A stretch of 64,000 nt of DNA from Planctomycetota bacterium (GTDB lineage: Bacteria > Planctomycetota > PLA2 > JAEUHO01), in assembly GCA_028281445.1 (NCBI GenBank), contig JANQJW010000007.1:92694-156693 (forward strand). The letters are read 5' to 3'. The notes beneath the pieces are model-generated. The model ran no database searches. It saw only the letters and a program-made list of their open reading frames with translations, and was not told the origin of the DNA. Of this stretch, positions 1-8,526 are shown in pieces. Positions within the stretch are counted from its first letter, which is position 1, and every line of letters starts with the position of its first letter. A program made the translations under genes and the position numbers.

Positions 1-1
1 C

Positions 2-1063
2 GACATCCTTGAGGTCAGCCTCGGCTCCTACATCGCGTGGGAGCCCTCGCAGTGGCACGTCCCCGTATCCCGCTATGCGAAGAAGCTCGAAGTCGTCTAT
101 CCCGTGCGCCCCGAAGCGCGCGTCCACGTTCGTGCGGCGGACGGCGCCGGCAACTGGGTGCGCGGAGCACGGCCGCGCGCGTGGCAGTTGGCCGGGATGC
201 GCCGTGAGTACGCGCGGGTGGAGGCGGACCGCATGGGGTGGCGCCTGCGCGGCGTGCCCTTCTACCGCGAAGAGCTGCTCGAGGTCCTTGTCACGCTGGA
301 GCACGTGCGAGCGCCGGAGTCCGGCGAGTCGGTACTGGAAGAGGTCGAAGAGGGGCAGAACGAGCCGGTCTCCACCTACGAGCTCGAGGGTGCGGCCGTC
401 GGCAAGGGACGCCTGCCGCTCAAGGTGTGGGAGCAGCTCCACATCGTCGTCACGTTCGGCGAGCACAAGCCGAGCGAAGCGTGGGCGTCCGACGAGGTCA
501 TCACCGACCAGGACCTGCCGTTCGAGGAGAGCTTCGGCGCAGGCGAGAAGGTCGGGCCCGTGCCGCAGGGTGCGATCGAGGTGACGGCGTACACGGCGGA
601 TGGGAGGCCGGCGCGTGGTGCTCTCCTCTGGCTCAATCAGGGGTTGGAGATGCAACGTACCGATCAGCACGGCAGAGCCAGGTTCACCGAGCTCGAGGCG
701 GGTCGCTACCACGTCACGCTGCGCGAGCCCGGCTTGCTTCGCAAGCTCGCTCGCGTCGACGTCAAGAAGGACAAGACGTCGCGCATCGTCATCCGCGAAC
801 CGCGCGGCATGACCGTGCGCGTACGCGTCGTCGATGTCCACGGCGATCCGCTTCCGTTCGCCACGCTGCATCTCAACCGCTGGGTCGACATCCAGCACGG
901 CGTGCAGCGCTTGGACCCGTTCACCGACGAGCACGGCCGGCGCACGCTGCGGGGCTACCCGCGCCACAACAAGCTCCACGCCTCGTGGGCCGGTCGTCGC
1001 GGCTACGCGAAGCTCGCAACGGAAGAGGGCTCGGAGCAGGACGTTACGATCGTCCTTCGATGA
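2..1063 (+). CDS. Carboxypeptidase-regulatory-like (beta-sandwich repeat) domain protein, 5'-partial
   Basis: Frame open from position 2 with no stop. Repeated 'V.V.D..G.P....' and 'TD..G.A.F..L..G.Y' patterns. Confidence 0.7.
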   Translation, partial: DILEVSLGSYIAWEPSQWHVPVSRYAKKLEVVYPVRPEARVHVRAADGAGNWVRGARPRAWQLAGMRREYARVEADRMGWRLRGVPFYREELLEVLVTLEHVRAPESGESVLEEVEEGQNEPVSTYELEGAAVGKGRLPLKVWEQLHIVVTFGEHKPSEAWASDEVITDQDLPFEESFGAGEKVGPVPQGAIEVTAYTADGRPARGALLWLNQGLEMQRTDQHGRARFTELEAGRYHVTLREPGLLRKLARVDVKKDKTSRIVIREPRGMTVRVRVVDVHGDPLPFATLHLNRWVDIQHGVQRLDPFTDEHGRRTLRGYPRHNKLHASWAGRRGYAKLATEEGSEQDVTIVLR

Positions 1064-1757
1064 CGCGGAAGCGCGCCTCGAGCACCTTGATCGGAAGCAT
1101 CGTGCGTCCGAGCCGCGCACGCACGATGCGCGAGCGCGCGATCGGCGCGGGGTGCGACTCGTCGTACTCGCCCGAGTCGTGCGCCCCCGTGAACAGACGG
1201 CCGAGCACGTCCGCGCGGTAGTCGTGGCGCACGAGCAGGCCGCTCTCGTCGAAGTAGTAGCTCTGCCTGCCGCTGTTGTGGGTGTCCCCGCCTCCGGGGT
1301 GGAGCGCATCGACATAGTGAACGCGCTGCCCTCGATACGGGCGCGTACCGCTGCCATGGATGGGGAGCCCTGCGAGGGCGAACGGCAGCGCGAGGTAATC
1401 CGTCACGGCGTACCCGAAGAAGTAGGCCGCATCCTCCGGCGACCACTTGCGCTTCTTGGCCCAGCCGTCGAAACGGCGGCGGTAGTTCTCCAGCCGCTCG
1501 TCACCGCGCACGATCGTGCCACGGTCGTACACCAGACCCGCGCCCTGCTCCGGGTAGTCGTGAAAGGTCATGCGCGCCTCGAAAGGCCAGACCGTGACCA
1601 CACCGGGCTTCGGATGCGTGGCGCCGAGTCCCTTGCGCTTCGGGATCATGCCGCCGAGGTGCTCGACATGGATCGTCACGTCTGCTGCGAGCCACGCGCG
1701 TCCCTCTTCGCCGCCGTGGCGCCGACGCGCCCGCTCGATCAGAGCGTCGGCGTTCAC
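1044..1757 (-). CDS. Conserved hypothetical protein
   Basis: GTG at 1757 overlaps the upstream TGA (GTGA coupling). Protein-like segment YFFGYAVTDYLALPF...THNSGRQSYYFDESGLLVRHDY. The track start at 2519 is a shadow extension. Confidence 0.7.
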   Translation of the reverse strand: MNADALIERARRRHGGEEGRAWLAADVTIHVEHLGGMIPKRKGLGATHPKPGVVTVWPFEARMTFHDYPEQGAGLVYDRGTIVRGDERLENYRRRFDGWAKKRKWSPEDAAYFFGYAVTDYLALPFALAGLPIHGSGTRPYRGQRVHYVDALHPGGGDTHNSGRQSYYFDESGLLVRHDYRADVLGRLFTGAHDSGEYDESHPAPIARSRIVRARLGRTMLPIKVLEARFRVIEGRS

Positions 1758-2758
1758 GGTGCGACAGAAGCCTTGAGCGGGCCTTCGCCACGTGCGGCGC
1801 GCTCGAAGTGGGCCGGGAGCTCGTCGAGAGACAGATGCTCCTGGATCAACAGCGCCGGATCGAGAAAGCCCTTGGCGAGCAGTTGCAGCGCTTCGGCGAA
1901 GTGATACGGCGTGTGGTGAAACGACGCCGTCAGGAGCAGCTCGTCGTAGTGCAGGCGCTGCGTGTCCAGCTCGACGGTGGTGCCCTTCGGTGTGCCGCCG
2001 AAGAAGTGCACGCGCCCTCCGGGAGCCGCCGCGTCGAGAGCGTGCTGCCAGGCGTCGGTCGTGCCGACGGCTTCGATGACGAGGTCGGCGTTCGCCGCGT
2101 CGTCCACCTGCGTCACGGCGCGCTGCGCGCCGAAGGCGCGCGCCGCCTCGACCCGGTCCTGTCGCGGATCGACCGCCGTGACGTGTGCGCCGTCTGCGCT
2201 CAGGATGCGCACCCAGACCAGACCCAAGGGACCCGTCCCGAACACCACGACGCGCTCCCCGCGCCGCGCGGGGGTGCGGTCGTGGCCCTTGACGACGACG
2301 GCAAGGATCTCGCTCAGGGCCGCCGTCCCCGACGGCACGCCGCCCGGAATCGCGTGTGTGTTCATCGCGGCGATGCGCGCCGGCACGATCAGCTTCTCGG
2401 CGAAGAAACCGTTGAGCCAGACCATGTCTTCGCACTGCGCCGTGTGGCCGCGCTCGCATGCACGACACCGGCCGCAGGGCGCGGAGTTGGCGGGTACGAC
2501 ACGGTCTCCCGGCTTCCACTTGGTGACGCCTTCGCCGACAGCGTCGATCATGCCGGCCCCTTCGTGTCCGAAGCGAAGCGGCGGCTTGCCCATGCGCGCG
2601 TGGTACCCGCGCCGGTACACCTTGGTCGACGTGCCGCCGGTCAGCGCGACGTCCACCTTGAGCCGCAGCTCGCCCGGACCGGGCTCGGGCACGGGAACGT
2701 CTTCGATGCGCAGGTCTTCAGAGCCGTGGAGCACGGCGGCGCGTATCGTCTCCGTCAT
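1754..2758 (-). CDS. Zinc-binding alcohol/polyol dehydrogenase (MDR family); catalytic-Zn Cys apparently replaced
   Basis: GHEGAG motif, structural Zn CGRCRAC...C, Rossmann GTGPLG; ALTGGTS in place of the usual CGTD. Confidence 0.9.
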   Translation of the reverse strand: MTETIRAAVLHGSEDLRIEDVPVPEPGPGELRLKVDVALTGGTSTKVYRRGYHARMGKPPLRFGHEGAGMIDAVGEGVTKWKPGDRVVPANSAPCGRCRACERGHTAQCEDMVWLNGFFAEKLIVPARIAAMNTHAIPGGVPSGTAALSEILAVVVKGHDRTPARRGERVVVFGTGPLGLVWVRILSADGAHVTAVDPRQDRVEAARAFGAQRAVTQVDDAANADLVIEAVGTTDAWQHALDAAAPGGRVHFFGGTPKGTTVELDTQRLHYDELLLTASFHHTPYHFAEALQLLAKGFLDPALLIQEHLSLDELPAHFERAARGEGPLKASVAP

Positions 2759-3831
2759 GCGTCCTCGTTCACGTTGACCATGACCTTGCAGACGTCGTCA
2801 TCGGCGGCCGCCGCGCGTTCGATGGCGGCTCCGGTCTCCGAGAGCGGGTAGCGGTGCGTGATGAGGCCCGCGACATCGATCTCACGTTCGAACACGATCC
2901 GCGCGGACTCCTCGTTCAGGTCGACGGACGCCGAGTAGCTGCCGAAGAGGCGCTTCTCGCCCATGCAGATGTCGCCGATGTCGACCGGGACCTCGTCACC
3001 GCGATGCGTGCTCGCGAACAGCAGGATCCCCGCACCGGGCCGCGTCGCGGCCAATGCGTCGCGCACGGGCGGCGCGCCGGTTGCGCACACGATGGCATGG
3101 TCCGCGCCGCGGTCCGACGACAGGGCGCGGCAGGCTTCGACCAGATCGTCGACCGTCGGATCGAACACGTCGACCGCGCCGAAGGACTGCGCGCGTTCAC
3201 GGCGCGCGGGCAGCGGATCGCTGGCGACGACCTCGGCGCCTTCGCGAATCGCGAGCTGCAGCATGATCAGACCGATGCTGCCGAGACCGACGACGAGTAC
3301 GAGATCGCCTTCGTCGAGATGCATCGACCGGATGCCCTTGAGGCACGTGTTGACCGGCTCCACGAACGCGGCTTCCTCTGCGCTCACGCCGTCCGGGATC
3401 TTCACGAGTCCGCCGCCCTCGACGATCCACGGCATCACGCGCGCGAACTGCGCGTAGCCACCGCCCGCCGGCTCGAAGCCGGCGGTGATGCCCGTCTTCT
3501 TGTACGTCGGGCACTGCGCGAACAGCTTGCGCTCGCCGTACCACGACGTCGGGTCGGGGATGTGGTGATACATCGCGACGCGATCGCCGGACGTGAAGTC
3601 GGCCACGCCGTCGCCGACCACGGCCACGGTGCCCGCTGTCTCGTGTCCGAAGATGCGCGGCGGCTCGACGAGACCGAGCTGGACCTTCTTGATGTCGGTG
3701 CCGCACACGCCGCAGGCGTCAACGCGCACAAGCACCTCGCCGGGCTCGAGCTCGGGAACAGGCACGGACTCGTGGCGAACGTCGTTCGGGCCGCGGTACA
3801 CGGCGGCATTCATCGTGTCGGGAACGCTCAT
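2755..3831 (-). CDS. Zinc-dependent dehydrogenase (MDR, sorbitol/iditol-DH-like)
   Basis: CGVCGTD, GHETAG, Rossmann GLGSIG; ATGA overlap with the downstream gene. Confidence 0.9.
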   Translation of the reverse strand: MSVPDTMNAAVYRGPNDVRHESVPVPELEPGEVLVRVDACGVCGTDIKKVQLGLVEPPRIFGHETAGTVAVVGDGVADFTSGDRVAMYHHIPDPTSWYGERKLFAQCPTYKKTGITAGFEPAGGGYAQFARVMPWIVEGGGLVKIPDGVSAEEAAFVEPVNTCLKGIRSMHLDEGDLVLVVGLGSIGLIMLQLAIREGAEVVASDPLPARRERAQSFGAVDVFDPTVDDLVEACRALSSDRGADHAIVCATGAPPVRDALAATRPGAGILLFASTHRGDEVPVDIGDICMGEKRLFGSYSASVDLNEESARIVFEREIDVAGLITHRYPLSETGAAIERAAAADDDVCKVMVNVNEDA

Positions 3832-3896
3832 GGGGGGCGCGATCCTATCTCGATCCGGCGGTAGACTCCCGTCCCCTACGAGACGGGAGATTCCAC

Positions 3897-4928
3897 ATGC
3901 GTGCGGTCGTCATCCGGGAGCACGGCGGCTTCGAGAGGCTCGAGTTCGAAGACCGGGCCGTGCCCGAGCCGGGGCCGGGCCAGGTCCGCGTGGCTGTGAA
4001 GGCCGCCGGGCTCAATCACCTCGACACGTGGGTGCGCCGCGGCATCCCCGGCGTCACGTATCCGCTTCCGCTGGTCCCGGGCTGCGACGGCGCCGGTGTG
4101 ATCGACGCCCTCGGGCCGGGTGTCGATGGATTGAGCGAGGGGCAGCGCGTCGTCATCGCGCCCGGGCTCACCAAGGCCGACGACGAGTTTACCGCCGCGG
4201 GCATGGATCAGCTCTCGCCCGGCTACGGGATCTTCGGCGAGACGTGCGACGGCACGTGCGCCGAGCAGGTCGTGATTCCGGCACGCAACGCGCTGCCGCT
4301 GGCCGACAGCGTGCCCTTCACCGAAGCCGCGGCGTTCCCACTCGTGACGCTGACGGCGTGGAACATGGTCATGCGCCGCGCGCAGCTGCAACCCGGCGAG
4401 CGCGTCCTGGTTCACGCCGCGGGCAGCGGCGTCTCCACGGCCGCCATCCAGATCGCGAAGCTCGCAGGCGCCGCGCAGATCATCGCGACGACCTCCAGCG
4501 AGGCGAAGGCCGAGCGCGCCCGCGAGCTCGGGGCCGACGAGGTCGTCGACTACACCGATCCCGAGTGGTCGAAGCAGGTCAAGGCGGCGACCGGCGGCCG
4601 CGGCATCGACGTCTGCGCCGATCACGTCGGCGTCGCCACGTTCGCTGCGTCGTTGAAGACGCTCGTGCGCGGCGGGCGCTACGTGTTCTGTGGCGCGACG
4701 ACCGGGCCGAAGGCGGACCTGCACCTCGGCCTCGTCTTCTTCCGCAACCTCTCCGTGCTCGGCAGCACGATGGGCAGCCTGGGCGACATGCACCAGCTCG
4801 TCGGACTGCTCGGCGCAGGCAAGCTCAAGGCCATTGTGGACGACGTGCTGCCGCTCGATCAGGTGGCCGAGGCGCATCGCCGCATCGAGAACCGCGAGGT
4901 CTTCGGCAAGCTCGTGTTGGAGCCGTAA
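3897..4928 (+). CDS. Zinc-binding dehydrogenase / NADPH:quinone oxidoreductase-like (MDR)
   Basis: AAGLNHLD, GCDGAG, HAAGSGV, C-terminal FGKLVL; RBS GGAG upstream. Confidence 0.9.
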   Translation: MRAVVIREHGGFERLEFEDRAVPEPGPGQVRVAVKAAGLNHLDTWVRRGIPGVTYPLPLVPGCDGAGVIDALGPGVDGLSEGQRVVIAPGLTKADDEFTAAGMDQLSPGYGIFGETCDGTCAEQVVIPARNALPLADSVPFTEAAAFPLVTLTAWNMVMRRAQLQPGERVLVHAAGSGVSTAAIQIAKLAGAAQIIATTSSEAKAERARELGADEVVDYTDPEWSKQVKAATGGRGIDVCADHVGVATFAASLKTLVRGGRYVFCGATTGPKADLHLGLVFFRNLSVLGSTMGSLGDMHQLVGLLGAGKLKAIVDDVLPLDQVAEAHRRIENREVFGKLVLEP

Positions 4929-4936
4929 GGAGCACC

Positions 4937-5716
4937 ATGTCCTACGAGACCATCCTCGCAGACGTCGACGATGACGGCGTTGCACTCATCACCTTGAACC
5001 GCCCCGACGTACGCAACGCCATCAACAAGCAGATGGTCGACGACTTGCACGATGTCCTCGGCGCCTACGAAGCGCGCGACGACGTCAAGGCGTTGATCCT
5101 GACGTCGGCCGGCGGCAAGGCCTTCATGTCCGGCGCTGACATTGCGGAGCTGCGCGAGCGCCGCAAGGAAGACGCGCTCAAGGGCATCAACTCGACGCTC
5201 TTCTCGCGGCTGGAGCGCTTTCCCCGTCCGACCGTCGCGGCGATCGTGGGCTGGTGCCTTGGCGGCGGCTGCGAGCTGTCGCTGTGCTGCGACTTCCGGA
5301 TCGCGGGCACGTCGTCGAACTTCGGCCAACCCGAAGTGGGGCTCGGGATCATGGCCGCAGCGGGCGGCACGCGCCGGTTGCCGGCGTTGGTCGGGCTCGC
5401 GCACGCGCGCCGGTTGCTCTTCAGCGGTGCGATCATCGACGTGGAGGAAGCGGAGCGCATCGGGCTCGTTGATCAGGTCGTCGAGGACGACCAGGTGGTG
5501 CATGCGGCCCGGGAGTGGCTGGAGCCGATTCGCAAGCAGGCGCCCGAGGCGGTCAAGCAGACGAAGCGCGCACTGCAGACCTGGCTGCACGGGGCGAGCG
5601 AAGAGGAACTCATGGCGCTGGACAACGAGATCCAGTCGGAGCTCTTCGAGCACCCTGATAAATTCGCCCGTATGGACGCGTTTCTTGCGAAGAGGCAGCG
5701 GCCCAAGTCGTCCTAG
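4937..5716 (+). CDS. Enoyl-CoA hydratase/isomerase family protein
   Basis: ITLNRPDVRNA, AFMSGADI, GGGCEL, FGQPEVGLG; AAGGAG RBS before ATG 4937. Confidence 0.92.
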   Translation: MSYETILADVDDDGVALITLNRPDVRNAINKQMVDDLHDVLGAYEARDDVKALILTSAGGKAFMSGADIAELRERRKEDALKGINSTLFSRLERFPRPTVAAIVGWCLGGGCELSLCCDFRIAGTSSNFGQPEVGLGIMAAAGGTRRLPALVGLAHARRLLFSGAIIDVEEAERIGLVDQVVEDDQVVHAAREWLEPIRKQAPEAVKQTKRALQTWLHGASEEELMALDNEIQSELFEHPDKFARMDAFLAKRQRPKSS

Positions 5717-5801
5717 GACTGCAATGCCCGCCTATCCTGTCCGATTGACAGGTGTAGGGCTGGAGTCCACCCGGCAGGGCCCAGCGCCTCGGAGACACAC
5801 G

Positions 5802-6179
5802 ATGCGAACTTCGATTGCGGCGCTTCTCGGTGCCGTCCTCCTCGCGGGCTGCCAGCAGGGTCCCGGGCATACGCGCGCTGCGGGCGCCGGAATCGGTGCG
5901 GCTTCCGGCGCACTCATCGGCGCGGCGGCTGCCGGCCCCGGCAGTCGCGGAACCGGTGCTGCCGTGGGCGGCATTCTCGGCCTGGTGACCGGATCGATGG
6001 TCGGCGACGGGATTGCGCAGGACCAGGAACGCTGCTGCCCGCCGCCCTGCGCGGAACCCTGCCCTCCGCCGCCCTGCGGTCCGACGCGGATCACGCGCCG
6101 CCGCTACGTCCGGCCCGATGGGACGCTCATTCGCGAAGAGGAGATCATCGAGGAAGACGTCGTCGTCCACCGGCGGTGA
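5802..6179 (+). CDS. Glycine-zipper lipoprotein
   Basis: Lipobox LLAGC; GAGIGAASGALIG...GAAVGGILG glycine zipper; Cys/Pro-rich tail; GGAG RBS. Confidence 0.8.
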   Translation: MRTSIAALLGAVLLAGCQQGPGHTRAAGAGIGAASGALIGAAAAGPGSRGTGAAVGGILGLVTGSMVGDGIAQDQERCCPPPCAEPCPPPPCGPTRITRRRYVRPDGTLIREEEIIEEDVVVHRR

Positions 6180-6213
6180 CTGATACCGTCCTCCCCCGCA
6201 AGGAGGACGACGG

Positions 6214-7074
6214 ATGAACTTCGAACGCGTTCTGGTGATCGGCGCCGGCACGATGGGCCACGGCATCGCGCACGTCGCGGCGCAAGCCGGCTGCAAGGCC
6301 GCGCTCTACGACGTCGACGCTGCGGTCGTCGACAAGGGCCTCGGCAAGGTCAAGGCGAACCTCGAGAAGGGCGTCGCCAAGGGCAAGGTCAGCGAAGAGG
6401 ACAAGGACGCAGCCCTCGCCAACCTCGCGGCGGCACCCGCCGACCTCGCGGAAGCCGCGAAGGAGGCCGACCTCGTCGTCGAGGCCGTGCCCGAGCGCAT
6501 GGAGCTCAAGCGCGAGATCTTCACCACGCTCGGCGCGAATTGCCCTGATCACGCGATCCTCGCGACGAACACGTCGTCTCTTTCCGTCGGCGACATCGCC
6601 GAGGCCAGCGGCCATCCGGACCGCGTCATCGGAATGCACTTCTTCAATCCCGTGCACTTGATGAAGCTGCTCGAGATCGTCAAGACCGACGCGACGTCTG
6701 ACGACGTCGTCCAGTCCACGCGGCACATCGGAGAGCGTTGGGGCAAGACGTGTGTGGTCGTCAAGGACTCGCCCGGCTTCGCAACGAGCCGTCTCGGCCT
6801 CGTCCTGGGGCTCGAGGCGATCCGTATGGTCGAAGAGGGCGTGGCGAGCGCACAGGACATCGATACCGCCCTGGAGCTCGGCTATCGCCACCCGATGGGG
6901 CCGCTCAAGCTGACGGATCTCGTCGGCCTCGACGTGCGCCTCGGTATTGCGGAGCACCTCGCCGAGGTACTCGACGACCGCCGGTTCGCGCCGCCGCAGC
7001 TCCTGCGCGACATGGTCGCCGACGGCAAGCTCGGCAAGAAGTCGGGCCAGGGCTTCTACGACTGGAGCGCGTAG
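6214..7074 (+). CDS. 3-hydroxyacyl-CoA (3-hydroxybutyryl-CoA) dehydrogenase
   Basis: GAGTMGHG, EAVPE, TNTSSLS, GMHFFNP, HPMGP, GKKSGQGFY; AGGAGG RBS. Confidence 0.95.
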   Translation: MNFERVLVIGAGTMGHGIAHVAAQAGCKAALYDVDAAVVDKGLGKVKANLEKGVAKGKVSEEDKDAALANLAAAPADLAEAAKEADLVVEAVPERMELKREIFTTLGANCPDHAILATNTSSLSVGDIAEASGHPDRVIGMHFFNPVHLMKLLEIVKTDATSDDVVQSTRHIGERWGKTCVVVKDSPGFATSRLGLVLGLEAIRMVEEGVASAQDIDTALELGYRHPMGPLKLTDLVGLDVRLGIAEHLAEVLDDRRFAPPQLLRDMVADGKLGKKSGQGFYDWSA

Positions 7075-7110
7075 CGCTCCCACCACCACCAACACAACCA
7101 CGAGAGCACG

Positions 7111-7974
7111 ATCACCATCACCTCCGCACTCGTCACCGACTGCCATGTCCACATCCAGCCGCACGAGATGCTGCAGCCGGAGGTGCGCGAGGCGTTCTTC
7201 CGCGGTTGCAAGGACGTCGACGAGGCCAAGGCTTGTCTCGAGGATCCGCAGGCCCTATTGGGCTACATGGATCGAGCCGGCGTCGATCGGTTCGTTCTCA
7301 TCAACTACGAGTCGCCGGAGGTCATGGGGTTCACGTCCGAGACGAACGACTGGATCCTCGACTACTGCAAGGCGGCGCCCGATCGCTTGCTGCCGTGCGT
7401 GGGCCCGCACCCCAAGTTCCACGACGATCTCGGTGCCGAGACACAGCGGCTCGTGGATCTCGGCGCGCGCATGTTCAAGATCCACGGGCCGCACATGCTC
7501 GTGCAGCCCAACGCCTACCAGGACGACTACCCGCAGCTCGCCGACATGTACCGCGTGCTCTCCGAGACGGGCATCCCGGTGATGTTCCACACGGGCACGA
7601 GCATCTTCAGGAGCGCGCGCATCAAGTACGGCGACCCGGTCACGCTCGATGACGTCGGGTGCGACTTCCCCGACCTCAAGGTGATCATCGCCCACGGCGG
7701 CCGGCCGCTGTGGACCGACGAGGCCTGGTTCCTGCTGCGGTGGTTCCCGAACTTCTATCTGGACCTCTCGGGCATCCCGCCGAAGCGCATTCTCCAGTGG
7801 TTCCCGCGTGTCGCACAGATCGCGGACCGCACGATGTTCGGCACCGACTGGCCGAGCCCCGGTATCCCGCCCGTGAAGCAAAACCTCGACGCCGTGCGCG
7901 CGCTCGATCTCCCCGCGGAGGCGATCGAAGAGATCGTGTCAGGAACCGCCCTGCGCGTCTTTCCGCCTCGCTGA
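7111..7974 (+). CDS. Amidohydrolase_2 family metal-dependent hydrolase (start uncertain, probably non-canonical)
   Basis: DCHVH motif at 7138-7152 lies upstream of the first ATG (7168). Also FHTG, AHGG and FGTDWP motifs. Confidence 0.85.
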   Translation: MTITSALVTDCHVHIQPHEMLQPEVREAFFRGCKDVDEAKACLEDPQALLGYMDRAGVDRFVLINYESPEVMGFTSETNDWILDYCKAAPDRLLPCVGPHPKFHDDLGAETQRLVDLGARMFKIHGPHMLVQPNAYQDDYPQLADMYRVLSETGIPVMFHTGTSIFRSARIKYGDPVTLDDVGCDFPDLKVIIAHGGRPLWTDEAWFLLRWFPNFYLDLSGIPPKRILQWFPRVAQIADRTMFGTDWPSPGIPPVKQNLDAVRALDLPAEAIEEIVSGTALRVFPPR

Positions 7975-8442
7975 CGCGATGCCGTCCGCGTACTGCTGCA
8001 GCATCGTCTTGATGGGCGTCTCGAAGACGGTGGCATCGCCCTTCATGAAGGCCTTGTGCCACGCGCGGTAGCCCGCCTCGTAGTGCGGGATCGGTTGGTT
8101 CTTCTCCAGCATCCTCGTGACGCTGTCGTCCATCGCCTTCTCCGTCAGCGGCATGTGCGAGACGATGCGGATGAGCTTGTCCTTGTCGTCCTGGGCGCCC
8201 GGGTTCGGGATCTTCAGCCCGTCGATGTAGACGTGCACCATCACGCCCCACGCCGGGTGCTTCTCCACGCGCACCACGTGGACCCGCGAGCTCTCTTCGC
8301 CGTCTCGCGTTTCGTACTTCCATACCTGCCCTGCCACGTACGGCGACCGGACCGCGTCCTTCTTGTGCCTCGGCGCGTCGTCCCCGCAGGCCGTCAACAG
8401 GCCGAGGAGGAGCAGGCAGGCGGAGGCCGGGATCCGGGTCAT
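7939..8442 (-). CDS. Hypothetical lipoprotein
   Basis: Signal and lipobox LLGLLTAC; protein-like GQVWKYETR...SHMP...EAGYRAW. Alternative start 8454. Confidence 0.7.
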   Translation of the reverse strand: MTRIPASACLLLLGLLTACGDDAPRHKKDAVRSPYVAGQVWKYETRDGEESSRVHVVRVEKHPAWGVMVHVYIDGLKIPNPGAQDDKDKLIRIVSHMPLTEKAMDDSVTRMLEKNQPIPHYEAGYRAWHKAFMKGDATVFETPIKTMLQQYADGIASARRKDAQGGS

Positions 8443-8526
8443 GCCCTCGATCATAGATTCGGCTGTCGGTCCTTGAATGACGCTGGCTGAGAACGTCCAA
8501 TGCGCTACCGCGCCCAGAGGAACCCC

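Noticed and set aside
2755..3831. Calling this gene tdh because kbl is in the window
   Set aside because: It is 46 kb from kbl and lacks the structural Zn cysteines typical of Tdh.
7072..7074. Pyrrolysine insertion at this TAG
   Set aside because: There are no pyl genes in the window, the TAG is at the normal C-terminus of the dehydrogenase family, and TAG is a common stop here. It is kept only as a generic readthrough alternative.
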